Below are positions 25,893 to 38,850 of a DNA stretch of 64,000 nt, piece by piece. The stretch is from Chiloscyllium plagiosum. Taxonomy: Eukaryota. The notes under the pieces are model-generated. The model was not told the DNA's origin. It saw nothing but the letters and a program-made list of their open reading frames with translations, and searched no databases. A program made the position numbers and the translations under genes. Positions within the stretch are counted from its first letter, which is position 1; every line of letters begins with the position of its first letter. The DNA lies in NCBI RefSeq assembly GCF_004010195.1, contig NC_057719.1:13051727-13115726 (forward strand), given 5' to 3'.

Positions 25893-26119
25893 CATCATTT
25901 GTTGCTCAAACCTTTGAGACACCTTACTTTCCTTGGATAATCTGAGGTAAAGTGGACATGTTTCAGGATCCAAAGTGACAACATTAGATTTTGTGCAAAA
26001 TACAGCAAGAAATTATCTAGTCAGGGCACCTGCAGAGTGGCAATGGAGTGCTCTATTCCAGCATCAAACTTGGTGAGCAACTGGCTTGGATCATATTTAC
26101 AATATGTTCACAGTACAGT

Positions 26120-26450
26120 GGGCGGCACCGTGGCAATGGGCGGCACGGTGGCACAGTGGTTAGCACTGCTGCCTCACAGCGCCAGAGACCCGGGTTCAAT
26201 TCCTGCCTCAGGCGACTGTCTGTGTGGAGTTTGCACGTTCTCCCGTGTCTGCGTGGGTTTCCTCCGGGTGCTCCGGTTTCCTCCCACAGTCCAAAAATGC
26301 GCAAGTTAGGTGAACTGGCCATGCTAAATTGCCCGTAGTGTTAGGTGCAGGGGTAAATGTAGGGGAATGGGTCTGGGTGGGTGCGCTTCAGCAGGTTGGT
26401 GTGGACTTGTTGGGTCGAAGGGCCTGTTCCCACACTGTAAGTAATCTAAA
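26120..26450 (+). mobile_element. HE1-type V-SINE with duplicated 5' tip
   Basis: GGGCGGCACCGTGGCAAT directly precedes GGGCGGCACGGTGGCACAG. CpG-rich, probably a young copy. Confidence 0.95.
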
Positions 26451-27039
26451 AAATGAGCAGAAATCCACAAGCTTGATGCTGAAATGAGGCACAATAACAT
26501 GTAAACGGCCTTGACTATTCACTGCTCTGAACTGTCACTAGCTGCTTGCTTGTTCCTCTGTGTAAGTCAGAGATGCTGGCAGCTTCCAGGTCTGCACAAA
26601 ATGTATGAGAAAGAGTGAATGAGTGAGAGCTAAGGAAGTGAGCTTAAAGCCATAAGATGCATCCTGTGTGAATACATGAGATGCCTCTGTGTTCCTGCGT
26701 TCCAAAATGGCCAGCTATTTTTAGGTGGTAAGGTGGCTCAGTGGTTAACACTGCTGCCTCACAGTACCCAGGGATCCCAGTTTGATTGCAGCCTTGGGTG
26801 TGGAGTCTGTGTGGGTTTCTGCTGGATACTATAGTTTCCTCCCAGAGTCCACTCCACTTGATTCTTTCTGAAATAACTCCATGAATATGCAATTATTGCT
26901 TATATATGACCAACAGCTTCTTATCTGATCCAATGATTCAATCAGAAAGCCTGTAGCTTTCAGTTTGATAATTAGCCTTTTAGGTGGAACTTTCAAATGT
27001 CTTCTTGAAGGCAGAGTGCATGTGGATCTTTCCACAGTC

Positions 27040-27665
27040 CACTGTTTCTCTCCATGCCTCTGGGCTGTGCTACCTCCTGTATAATGTTCTGGTTTTACTG
27101 AGGCAATCTCTCCTGCATATTAAAATTCTCCTGGTTTTCCTGAGCCGGTCTCCTGTAGATTATAATTCTCCCTCTTTTAAATTGTCGATCTCTCTCTCCC
27201 TCTCTCCTATATATTGTATTACTCCTTGTTTCACTGGGTTAGTTGCTCGTGTATACTATGGTACTCAGTGTTTTACCAGACTAGTTTCTTCTCTATATCC
27301 TGATATTCCTCCAGGTATTCGTGGGCCAGCCCCTCCACTGTATATAATACTCACTATTTTATTGGACGAGTGTCTCTCCTAAATGTTAATGTTCTTTGGT
27401 TTACAAAGCCACTCTGGTGCACTATAATGCTCCCTGTTTACCGTGTTGGTCTCTATCCTGTACATTTTATTACTTCCCATATTACTGGTTGCTCTCTCTC
27501 CCGTATGCTATAATGCTCCCTATTTCACTGGCCCAGTCTACTTCCTGTATAGCGCAATACTCCTTACTTTATGGGCTGCTCTCTCTCCTGTGCAAATCTA
27601 TGTAATGCATTTTGCTTTTACCTGGACCGTTACTCTTCAAGATATAATGCCTGGTATTATTGATG
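27040..27665. repeat. Old degenerate ~41-bp minisatellite
   Basis: Recurrent TATAATGCTCC...TTTCACTGG...TCTCTCTCCTGTA motif at roughly 40-bp spacing. Confidence 0.75.
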
Positions 27666-27704
27666 TGCTTTTCTTTTCCTTATGTATTGCTTTGCTTTAT
27701 TTCA

Positions 27705-28330
27705 GCTAAGCCATAAATCAATGTATCTGCGGAGGTGCTGTGATTGGAGTTGTGTGTTTGTTCTCCCTTCCATTTGTTAACCTGCAGTGTAATTTCTTAG
27801 ATCAGGCTGGATGTGTGATGAGAGGGGCCAGTGCATCTTCACTGTGATAGATCAATGCTATTACTGTTCCTGAGCGATTCACAGCCAATGTGATTACAAG
27901 CAGCAGTGGATGAAAAATATTCCGTGCGTAATCAAAATTGCCTCACAGGTCCTTTGCTTTGTGGAGTCAGTGATGCTTTGAATTGTGTTCGATGTTAGTC
28001 AAAGAACCATTTAATGTGGTTTGTCATGAAAAATTTTGACAGTGAGAGACGGGTGACGGAGAAGCATGGCGCCCATTTACAAATCAGCCGCTAAATCAAT
28101 GACCGTGAAGAAACTAAGGTGCACTTGTTCCAAATGCGGGAAATGAGTCGCTCACCAGAATTGGATTAGATTCCTCTTCGAGCATCCTAGACACATGACA
28201 GAGCTGTTTACCATAATGACTAAAATATTTAGCTTAGGATTTCTATTAAAGGACCCCTTTCTGATATTGAGCCTCCCCTGTCTCTGATTCAACATAAGGG
28301 AAACTTGTCCTGAAAAATACCGTGTTTCTT
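27705..28330. promoter_or_regulatory. Candidate conserved non-coding enhancer
   Basis: Repeat-free. CCATAAATCA at 27711 reads TGATTTATGG (Pbx-Hox consensus) on the minus strand, TGACAG (Meis) at ~28038, and several retained CpGs. Conservation not tested. Confidence 0.4.
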
Positions 28331-28454
28331 GCTGCAGCAAAGCCTCATTCATTACTCACAAGTAGCTCACAGTGGACAAGTGAAACTGAGGTGAGAAATC
28401 AGATATGGCCCTATTGGAATCACAGAGAAAACTCAAAGAGCTTACTCCTGTTTC

Positions 28455-28788
28455 ATAGAACCCCTACAATGTGGAAACAGGCCATTCGGCCCAACAAACC
28501 CACACTGACCCTCTGAAGAGTATCCCACCCAAACCCGTTCCCCTTTCGTATTACTCTACGTTCACCCCTGACTAATGCACCTGACCTACTGAATGCTATG
28601 GGCAATTTCCCATGGCCAATTCACCCAACCTGCACACCTTTGGATTGTGGAAGGAAACCGGAGCCCCTGGAGGAGACCCATGCAGATACGGGGAGAATGT
28701 GCAAACTCCTCACAGACAGTCGCCTGAGGCTGGGATCAAACTGGGTCCCTTACGCTGTGAGGCAGCAGCGCTAACCACTGAGCCACCA
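28455..28788 (-). mobile_element. HE1-type V-SINE variant
   Basis: CATAGAACCCCTACAATGTGGAAACAGGCC...GCTAACCACTGAGCCACC. Confidence 0.9.
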
Positions 28789-28809
28789 CTGACTGGAAAT
28801 CACTGGCTA

Positions 28810-29465
28810 GGCCAGCATTTAATGCCTAGGAGAAGGTGGCTGCGCAATACTTTCTTGAACCTCTACAGTCCACATGGTGCTAGCACTCACTATGGAGGGG
28901 TTCAAGGGGTTTTCCCAGTGACAACGAAGAATCAGCAATATGTCTCCACATGGTTTGGAGGGGAATTGGCAGGCAGCGGTGTTCCCATATACCTTCTGCT
29001 TTAATCCTTCTAGTTAGCTGTGGTTTTAAGTTTAGACTGCCATACTGAATGAGCCTTGGTGAATTCATGCAGTTCACCATGTTTGCATTTTCTCTGGAGA
29101 AAGTGAGGACTGCAGATGTTGGAGATCAGAGTCAAAAAGTGTGGTGCTGGAAAAGCACAGCAGGTCAGGTAGTATCCAAGGAGCAGGAGTGTTGATGTTT
29201 CAGGCACAAGCCCAACATTCCTGATGAAGGGCTTATGCCCAAAATGTCATTTTTTTTCCTGGAGTCAGGTAAGGCTGGCTCTTCCCTCCCTTAAGGAACA
29301 TTAGTGAACCAGATGGGGTTTTCCTGACAATTATTTCATCATTTAACTCTGAACTTCAGATTTTTAAAAAATTCACATCAATGATAAGATTTGAACATGG
29401 CTCACCAGAATATCACCTAGGTCTCTGGTAGTCTAGCGCCAAGACCATTAGGCCATCACCTCCTG
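28810..29465 (-). mobile_element. Cluster: second-family LINE 3' end, Penelope terminal element (29096-29250), MetaSINE-like fragment (29260-29465)
   Basis: Motif matches to 21825-22200, 47085-47215 and 8408-8755 respectively. Confidence 0.7.
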
Positions 29466-30634
29466 TCAGACAGAATGGTTTCTACGTTCACTTCCAAACA
29501 CCCTTCTCCTGCCCAAATTCATCCCGTCTCACTTTGTTTTTGTTTTATGAATTTTGCTGTTAGGCTCTATGGGGTAGGGGTGGGGAGTGGTGCTGGAGAG
29601 TCACAGGGTTCCTACTCCGACAAAGGAAAGGTCGACAATTCCAATCTCAATATGCCTATGTCAGCCTTCGTGTTATTTACAGCACAAACAGCCCTCTGCC
29701 TCTCAATCATTGCCGAGCGTCTGTGTGAATGTGCATGTGTGTGCATACAACTCCCTCTCTTCATTTCAACGCAAACACACCACCTCCCCTCTCAAAAACT
29801 TTTCGTACCAGCCAATTAATGAATGCTCCCAAAAACCTAGGCAGGCCCTGGGGAGGTGAATGGAAAAAGCAACAGACCACGAAAAATAATGTGATTTTAA
29901 TTCCAGTGCTGATTACCTTTTTCAATGTCACTTACTTTATACAGGCTAAGAAAAGCCACACAATACATAAGTTTCACCCTGCTGTAGGTAGATAAGGCTA
30001 GGCAGGATTCATTCATTCTCTATCTGTTGTTAATAATGGATGTGCTATGCTTGTTCTAATTGATATAAGCAGCCTACTTTCTGCACGCAATGCAGATAAA
30101 CACTTCGATGAGTTTCTATTCTGCTGTTTTCTTTCATGGCTTTTATCTTTTGAACTCAGCACTATGAAATGCTCAGAGACCAGCACTTTTTATGTTAATG
30201 ATTCCCATCTTATATACTCAAGGCCACTTTACGTGAACCTTTTAACATCACTAAGCCACTAGATCACAGGAACAGCAGATAGGTCTATTCTGTAGAAAGG
30301 CAACTGTATAGTCAGCAAGGCAGCTTACTTCTTTTTAATATACTTTCCTTTTTTTTAAAAAAATCTTTCAACTCCCGCTTTAATTGTAGTTCTGCGGTTT
30401 GCACCCATTCTCTTCACATCCTCTTGGTCCTCTTGAATCCACCCTGTTCAGAAAAAAATGAAAATGAGATATGCTGGAGATACCCTACAGGTGAGGCAGC
30501 ATTGGTGGAGAGGGGGAAAGAGCAGAGGTTTAGGGTTTGATGACTCCTCATCAGTTCTGTAAGGGAGGACTTGCCTTGCAAATCCATCTTCAGGTGCTTG
30601 GCAATGAACTACTCTGAAGCATAGTCACTGCAGG

Positions 30635-31762
30635 TTGCTGGAGATCAGTCATCTCAGGAGAAAGTGAGGACTGCAGATACTGGAGAGTCAGAATCGAAAG
30701 GGCGCTGCTGGAAAAGCACATCAGGTCAGGCAGGATCCAAGGAGCAGGGGAGCTGATGTTTTAGGCATAGCCCTTTATCAGTTATCTCAGCTCCAGGGCA
30801 TCACTGCAGGTGCTCCTCAGGGTAATGGTTTAGACCAAACATCTTCAGCTGCTCCATCAACGACCTTCCCTCCATTATAAGGTCAGAATTTGGGATGTTC
30901 GCCAATGGTTGCACAATGTTCAGCACCATTTGCAGTCCATGTTCAAATGCAATAAGATCTGGACAATATCCAGGCATGGACTGGCAAGTGACAAGTAACA
31001 TTCGGGCTGCAGAAATGCCAGGCTATGACCATAGTCAATCAGAAACTATCCAACCATCACCACTTGACATCGAATAATGTTAGCCATCACTGAATCCCTC
31101 ACTATCAACATCCGGGGGTGATCATTGACCAGAAACTTAACTGGATTCAGCACACAAACACAATGGCTACAAGAGCAGATCAGAGGCTAGGAATATTGCA
31201 ATGAATAACTCACCTCCTGACTCCCCAAAACCTGTCCTCCATCTACAAGGCACAAGTACAATGTAATACTCTTGCCTGGATGGGTTCAGCTCTAACAACA
31301 CTCAAGAAGCTTGACATCATCCAGGACAATGCAGCCTGCTTCATTGGCACCGCATCCACATTCATCGACTCCTTCCACCACTTACACTCAGTAGCAGCAG
31401 ACTGTACTATCTACATGATGCACTGCAGAAATTTACCAAAGATCCTTAGGCAACACCTTCCAAACCCTGACCACTTCCATCTAGAAGGACAAGGCAGCAG
31501 ATTCATGGGAACACCACCACCTGAAATTCCCCTCCAAGTCACTCACCACTCTGACTTGGAAATATATCGCTGTTACTTTACTGTGATTGTGTCAAAATCA
31601 TGGAATTCCCTCCCTGAGGGCAGTATGGATCTACCTACCGAAGGGAGATTGCAGAAGTTCCAGAAGGCAGCTCACCACCACCTTCTCATCCCAAGTTGGG
31701 ATGGGCAATAAATGTTGGCCAGCCAGTGATGCCCACATCCCACAAGTGAATAACAAAAAATA
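30635..31762 (+). mobile_element. Second-family LINE (RT to 3' end) with a Penelope terminal element at 30657-30780, splitting a minus-strand DeuSINE
   Basis: GCTCCTCAGGGTA (PQG motif), TLKKLDIIQDNAACFIG, tail GGGATGGGCAATAAATG. ATCAGT(C/T)ATCTCAG is duplicated around the inner insert. DeuSINE-like sequence lies at ~30600-30635 and ~31770-31890. Confidence 0.85.
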
Positions 31763-31989
31763 TAAACATGACAACCAATTTACACATAGCAAGGTTCAAC
31801 AAAAATTGATGAAATGGATGATCCATAAAGCTGTTTTTGGTGCCATTGATAAGGAAAGAATATAAGTCGCAACACTGGGAGAAATCTATTCTGGAACCTG
31901 CAACAATCCTATATTGAGAATGAATGCTCTCACAGTGGGACAGTGAAGTTTACCAACAGTATCAATTCTTGACAAGTACGTTAATAGTA

Positions 31990-33170
31990 AGGTTGATAAT
32001 GGGAAGACAATAGATGTGGTATACTTAGATTTTCAGAAGTCTTTTCATAAAGTCCCTCACAGGAAGTTAAGTAGCAAAATTAAAGCAAATGGGATAGAAA
32101 GTAATGACTGGCATTGGTTAAGGATTTATTAGCGTACAGAAAACAGAGATTAGGTACAAATGGGTCTTTCTTGTGTTGGCATTCTGTGACTAGTGAAGTT
32201 CAGCAAGGAATAATATTTGGGCTGTAGCTGTTTATAATTTATATTAATGATTTGGAGGTGGGATCCAAATATAGTATTTCCAAATTTGCAGATGGTAGAA
32301 AGCTATGCAGGGAATGTGTGTTGTCAGGAAGGTGAAAAGCAGTTTCAGGAGGATTTGGATGGATTTAGTGATTGGGAAATTGATAGTGGATTCAATATAA
32401 TGTGGAAAAATATGAGGTTACCTAATTTGGTAGGAGAAACAGGTGTTCAGTATATTTCTTAAATGGTAAGAGGCTAGGAAATTAGGTGATCTTGTTGATA
32501 AGTCACTGAGGGCTAACATGCAGGTGCAGCAAGATATTAGGAAGGCTAATGGAATGTTAAGCTTATTGCAAAAAGATTTGAGTACAGGAGTGCTGAAGTC
32601 TTGCTTCAGTTATATCCAAAGATTGGTTAGACTGCGTTTGGAGTATTATGTGCAGTTTTCATCTCCTTACTTCATAAAGGAAATTATTGCCCTGGAGGGA
32701 CTGCAGTGAGAGTCCACCAGACCTGTTTCAGAGATGGAGGGACTGTTCTATGAAGAGAAATTGGGCAGACCGAACCTGAGGTGATTTCACAGAAACTGAG
32801 AATACTTAGAGGGATAGACAAGGTCGAAGCAGGTAAGATGCTTTCTCTGGTTGTGGAGTTTAGATTCAAGGGGACAATTTAAAAATAAGGGAAAGGCAAT
32901 TTAGGGTTGGAGATATGAAGAAATTCTTGCACTCAGAGGACTGAATTCCTCAGAGGGCTGTGGAAGCTCGGTCTTTGAGTATGTTTAAGACAATCTTGAT
33001 AGATTTCATATTTTTTAATGGCAGATTGAATGTAATGTGGAAAAAATATGAGGTTATCTAATTTGGTCAGACAAACAGATATTCAGTGGATTTCTTAAAT
33101 GGTAAGAGGTTAGGAACCTCAGTGCCCTTGTTGCTCAGTCACTGAGGGCTAACATGCAGGTGCAGCTCGG
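31990..33170 (+). mobile_element. Old CR1 LINE, RT region
   Basis: GATGTGGTATACTTAGATTTTCAGAAG (DVVYLDFQK), KFAD and LVRLRLEYYVQFSSP. Heavily decayed. Confidence 0.85.
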
Positions 33171-33389
33171 TAAACATGACACCCAATTAACACATAGCAA
33201 AGTAAAGGTATTGAAGTGTTCCATTGGCCATGAAATGATAGAGCATGCTCAACAGCCAGAATGGCCTTCTCCTGTTCCTATCTTCCTAAACTGAGGTAAC
33301 TCTGAGGGATGACACTTTAATTTAATCCATCCTGTTTGGACTAAAACCCAAATTCCACAAATGAAAGAGCCCTTCAAGATTGTTTTATG

Positions 33390-33770
33390 ACTTTTTTTTA
33401 TTTGCTCATGGCACATGTGCATCACTGATGGGGTCAGCATTTATTGCTCATCCTTAAAGTGACCCGGAGAAGGTGGTGATGAGCTACCTTCCTGAACTGC
33501 TGCAGTTCCTATGCTGTAGATGGACCCACAATGCCAATATGGAAGGAGTTCCAGGATTTAGACCCAGCAACAGTGAAGGAGCAGCGATATATTTCCAAGT
33601 CAGGATGGTAAGTGATCTTGCAGACTGAAGTTGGGATTTGGTTTGGGCTTTGGGTTAATGATATTCCCATTTATCTACTGCCCTTGTCCTTTTAGGTGGT
33701 AATTGCTGTGGGTTTAGAAGGCTGATGGAACCCTGGTGTGACAGCACAGTGCACCGTGTAGATGGTGCTT
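33390..33770 (-). mobile_element. Second-family LINE 3' end
   Basis: Matches 21825-22200. Confidence 0.8.
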
Positions 33771-33884
33771 AATGATGAAGTGGGTTTTGTGTAATTAAAA
33801 GCCATTCAAGAAATGAATCAGTTTCATTAATATTCATTTGGTTTTTGTTCCATTTTTAGCCACTGTTTAAGCCAATGCCAGCGA

Positions 33885-34330
33885 ATGAATAAATTAGCTT
33901 TATTGTCACATGTATTCACATGAGTACAGTGAAAAGTTCAAAAGTCGCCACTTATGGTGCCATCTTAGGTACAAGGTACCTCAGCACAGATTCTTCAGTA
34001 TACGTTCTTAGGAAAAAAATTAGAAAAATAAAGAATTGAAAAGTCCAGCATTACAGATGGTAGGAATTAATTAGAAAATAGGGAAATAAAATGTTCACAA
34101 CAATGGTCCTTCTAACTCAGTCCACACTGGCACCCAGCCTCCAGTCCGCACTGGGCCTTGACTCCAGACCGGACCAGGCATCACCCTGAGGCTCTTGAGA
34201 CCATTCTGGAATCACCTTGAGGCCAGAAGTCAGTGCTGCGGCCATGCCGGACCGAGAGACCACCACGCTGGGCTGCTGCTCTGAGACAATGAGAGTTACC
34301 AACAGTCCGACACTGCCCTGGAGTCTCCAG
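33885..34330 (-). mobile_element. Composite non-autonomous repeat with Rex1-like 3' tail (copy B)
   Basis: Minus strand: TGGCCTCAAGGTGA...CCAGTGCGGACT...CCAGTGTGGACT, T-rich spacer, GTACCTAAGATGGC, then CTTTTCACTGTACTCATGTGAATACATGTGACAATAAAGCTAATTTATTCATTC. Confidence 0.7.
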
Positions 34331-35149
34331 TAATTTCCAGGGTACCCCACCAATCTGTGGGAACAAATCGTTGAGGCCTTACATTCGATAAATGTTGGAT
34401 TTTCCATTAGTCATGAAGCAGTTGGGAGATGGATTGAGCAAGTTGTTCAGAGGCCCAGGTTAGCGGTCTGGGTCAAATATCACCCTAGCAGCTGGGGAAT
34501 TTAAACTCATTCAATAAAGCTGGGAATTGAAAGCTAGTTTTGTTAATGATAGCTTGGTTATTTTTTGAAAATAAATGTACTTTAGAGATGAAAATCTGCC
34601 AACAATATCCGTTACCTATATATGGTTACAGATGTACAGGTGTAATGAACTCTGAAATGGCCTAGCACACCATTCAGTCCAAAAACAATAAGAGATGTTT
34701 GACTTGCTGATGATGTTCAAATCCCATTGATGAACAATTAAAACAAAACTAACTTATTAGATATTACTATTATAGAATTTTAGAGATTGATATCACAGAA
34801 GAAGGCCCTTTGGCCCATTGCATCGGTGCTGGTCAAAAACTATTCTAATCCCATCTTCCAGCATTTGGCTCATTGTCTCAGCATAACGAGTGCATGTCTA
34901 AAGCATTATTAGACTATTAATTCCTGTTTTTTTTCAAAATTGAATTCAAATTCCACCTTCAGCCATAGTGGGATTTGAATCCAGGTCCTAAAGCATCATC
35001 TGATTTTTTTCTCCCCTGTTTTAATAATCCAACACTTATACCACTAGGCCATCATCTCCCCTCATGGTGGATAGAGTTAGTGGTACAATGATTGATGTTC
35101 TTTTCCTTTGAATCAGTGAAACTCTACATTAGCACCTACAATAATATCA

Positions 35150-35930
35150 AGACTATAATTAATACAGGATTGCAGACAAAAACATCAAACTGGTATGTGG
35201 CGAAATGGAAATCAATTTTTAAAATTTCTTAATGAAAGTCCTGTAGGTGGGAGCTAATGCCTCATTAAACGTCTCTTTCTCTCTGTGAGAAGGAGGTTGC
35301 TAGGGGCAATGAGTTGGGAGGGTAGGGGACGTTATATTTAGTGTCATGCCATTCTGTGCATTGGAAGAGGAAGAAAGATTTAAGGCATCAATCAACTAGT
35401 GGGCAATTAATTGTATGAATGTTTGCATCTCCAGCTGTCTGAAATGAAAAGCCAATTTCACTCACACCTACTCTTTGAGCACATCTTCAGTTCGCAGTGA
35501 GCAGAATGTGTGCCAGGTTTTGGATGGAATCCAGTCTGACTGACATGGCTAATTGGCTCAGTGCAGTCTTCCTCAGGAGAGAGTTCATGGCCTCATTTGG
35601 TCCCAGGGAGACCCTGGTGACACAGGACATTGAGCCTTCAGTACCAATCAGCATGTGCATTATTAGGAGCAAATTAAAACTCATGTGCGCATGCAATTAC
35701 TCAGCTCATTTGTCTAAGAAGATTCTCAATTACTTTAGCTGCAGCTCGGCTGAGGATGCTGGTGTCCCATTCAATTAATAGCTGTTCCACATTAAAGAAA
35801 AGCAAGTTAAGCATCATTAATGTTGCTCGTGATACAGTTTTACCTCATAAATAGGCCATTTCATTTCATAACCTTTTTATTCTTAAAAGGTGTCTCATTT
35901 CTCAAGTGCTCCTGTTATACTGAAGCTGTA
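35150..35930. promoter_or_regulatory. Candidate conserved non-coding enhancer
   Basis: Repeat-free and dense in TAAT/ATTA homeodomain cores (CAATTAATTG, GCTAATTGG, CAATTAATAG, CATTAATG). Conservation not tested. Confidence 0.35.
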
Positions 35931-36056
35931 TTGTGCTGTGTTCCACCAGGCTCCTGACTGTAACCTCCCAGCTGCGAGTAAGGTTTTGAGAACTGAGGAA
36001 ATGAGCCATAGATTGTGGAATATACAACCTCTGCCCTGTTGGCTAATGATGAGATT

Positions 36057-36602
36057 CATAGAATCATAGAATCTCTCCAGTATGGAAGCAGGCCTTTTGA
36101 CCTAGCTAAGCCACACTGATCCTCCAAAGAGTATCCCACACAGGTCCACTCCCCTACCCTATCCCTGTATCCCTGCATTTCCCGTGGCCAATCTTCCTAA
36201 CCTCCACATCTTTGATTTGATTTATTATTGTCACATGAGCCTCGGTACAGTGAAAAGTTTTGTTTTGTGTGCAGTACAGGCAGATCATACCATAAAAAGT
36301 GCATTTAGGTCATGGAAACAGAGCAAGGAACATAACGTTACAGCTGCAGAGAAGGTGCACAGAGAGTGAGATTAACATTTAAATTTAAGAAGTCCATTCA
36401 GATGTGTATTAAAAACAGGGAAGAAGATGTTCTTGAATGTATTTGTGTATAAACTTGACATCTTTACACTGTGGGAGAAAAGCCCAGAGGAAACCCATAC
36501 AGACATGGGGAGATTGAGCAATTGCTACACAGCCCTGCGAGTGGGATTGAACCCAGGTCCCCAGTACTTCAAAGCAGCAATGCTAACCACTGCACTACCA
36601 TG
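36057..36602 (-). mobile_element. HE1-type SINE split by a Rex1/Babar insertion
   Basis: SINE 3' half at 36057-36213 and 5' half at 36460-36602. Confidence 0.8.
36214..36458 (-). mobile_element. Rex1/Babar-type LINE 3' end
   Basis: Minus strand encodes FKNIFFPVFNTHLN, like the Rex1 C-terminal FKNSFFP..IRLLN, then tail CTTTTCACTGTACC...CATGTGACAATAATAAATCAAATC. ACATCTTT is duplicated on both sides. Confidence 0.7.
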
Positions 36603-37242
36603 CTATCCTAAGTAGGTGTTTCCACTTACACTTTGTACACTTGCACATTGATAGTGAAGGGCAGCAGTACCAGCAGTGGTAGTTCATGGAGACACCCTTC
36701 AAACACGGAAAACTGAGCCATTTGCTCTTCAAAATCACGAAAGGCAAATTGTTCTGACAAGTTGTTTTAGAATGCTAACTCGGTTTCTCTCTCCTCGAAT
36801 GCTGGCTGAGTTTCTGCTGCTTTTTAATTCCGACTTCCAGCATCTGCAGCATTTTGCTTTTATTAGAATCGACCCGGTGATGTTGTTGATGTAATTTATC
36901 TGGATTTTCAAAAGACCTTTGGAACTAGACTAATCGATAGGGTCATGGAAGGTGAAGCCAACAGCAGAATGGATTGTTAGTTCAAGGGACAAAGCAGAGG
37001 TAGTGAGCTTTGGCAGGAAGAATGGGGAAGTCACAATTTACTTGGCATGTGGATCTTCAGCATCAGTAAAAGAACAAAAGGACAGAAACAGAAATTGTTG
37101 AAGAAACACAGCAGGTCTGGCAGCATTTATGGACAGAAAACAGTTCTAACATTTCAAGTCCAGTGTTAACTCTGCCTTCTCTCCTGTTCCAGCCTCCTCT
37201 TAACTTGCATGCCAGTCAAAAATCTGTGTACATGTTCATGCA

Positions 37243-37672
37243 ATACATAGAAATATAGAGGTGCAGGAGTAGGCCATTCGGTCCTTCGAGCCTGCACTAC
37301 CATTCAATACGATCATGGTGGATCATGCAATCTCAGTATCCCATTCCTACTTTCTTCCGAAACCCCTTGATCTCTTTAGATGTGAGGGCCACGTCCACTT
37401 CCCTCTTGAATATATCCAACCAACTGGTCCCAACATCTTCCTCTGGGAGAGAATTCCACAGGTTCTCTGAGTGAAGAAATTATTCCTCATCTCAGTCCTG
37501 AATGGCCTCCCCCTTATTCTTCGACTGTGACCCCTAGTTCTGGATTTCCCCAACATCGGGAATATTCTTCCTGCATCTAGCCTGTCTAGTTCCATCAGGA
37601 TTTTATATGTTTCTATGAAATTCCCCCCATTCTTCTAAATTCCAGTGAGTACAAGCCCAGTCGATTCCAGTC
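37243..37672 (-). mobile_element. CR1 3' end
   Basis: LDRLDAGRIFPMLGKSRTRGHS...FRTEMRNNFFTQR. Confidence 0.88.
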
Positions 37673-38519
37673 TTATATATTTAAGTATCAAGAAAGGAAT
37701 GATAGGCTGAATCTTTTTACTTTTGAATGGTAAAAGGCTGTTGTGGATCACCAAAGAAGGCAGCCTCAAATGGACCATAAACACTAGCTGTTTGGGCGAG
37801 ATGGCATGGATTTGTGCCATACATCCGATGTTAACCCCTGACAATTATCGCTGGTGCATAATGCAATGTCCTGCAAGTAGTTAACTGTTCACTGCTAATT
37901 CCATCCTTTATATATTACATCAAAACAGTGAGGTAGCAGAGTTATAATAAAGTACAATTAACCGTGTTTAATAGTTTCTAGTCCACTGCTTCCTCAGTTG
38001 GAAAAACTGCTTCAATTGCTTTTTAAGAGTGTAAATTAGCTGTGAATAATAGTTTAACAGGCTGTAATTATTTCAGGGTTTTCAATCTCAGAGATTTTGC
38101 CTACATAGGAGTCTCTTTCATTTAAAACCTGCCCTTCACAAAGACCCCTCCATTACCATAAAAGAAGCAGGCTTGAAATTACACCATGTGAATATCAGAT
38201 TGTAGGTACAATTTTTTTGTCTACCTCAACTGAGACACTAACCCGTTAATTTCACATAATTAAACTATTAATGCATTCACTTTGATGGGGCATCCTGCGC
38301 ATTGGGGGGAACAAGTACAATTTGGGTCCATTGCTTTGCTGAACAACACACGTAGTCTACAAAGGTGTAACTCTGTACTTCGGGATGCTTGATGCAGTAA
38401 TTCTTTGCTCCACTTTGACCTGTCTGTCCTCAGCCTTCAAAACTGTTCCAATGAAGCTCAGTGTAGACTCAAGGAATGACACTACATAATCAGATGAGAC
38501 ACTTTGCAACCTTCAACAT

Positions 38520-38850
38520 TGGGCTGGATTCACTGGTCAGCACTGAAGAGTATGCTGCTGATCTTGGGACCCATGCTCAATTCCTCGGGTGACGTCTGTG
38601 TGGAGATCTCTTTGTGTCTGCGTGGTTTCCTCCTGGTACTCTGGTTTCCTCCTACAGTCCAAAGGTGGATCGACCCTGCTAAATTGCCCTTAGTGTCCAA
38701 GGATGTACAGATTAGGTGGGTTAGGCAGGAGGAACGCAGGGTTACAGGGATAGGATGGAGAGGGGGTCTGGGTGGGATACTATTCAGAGGGTTGACATGG
38801 ATCTGATGGGCTTAATGGCCTGCTTCCACACTGCAGGGATTCTATGATTG
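38520..38850 (+). mobile_element. Diverged HE1-type SINE
   Basis: Core CTGGTTTCCTCCTACAGTCCAAAG and tail GGCCTGCTTCCACACTGCAGGGATTCTATG. Confidence 0.75.

Noticed and set aside
26138..26210. tRNA gene (A and B boxes)
   Set aside because: It is the tRNA-derived head of an HE1-type SINE and continues into the SINE core and tail. The same applies to the other copies.
26984..27709. Hydrophobic membrane-protein-like ORFs
   Set aside because: Produced by a T/C-rich degenerate minisatellite.
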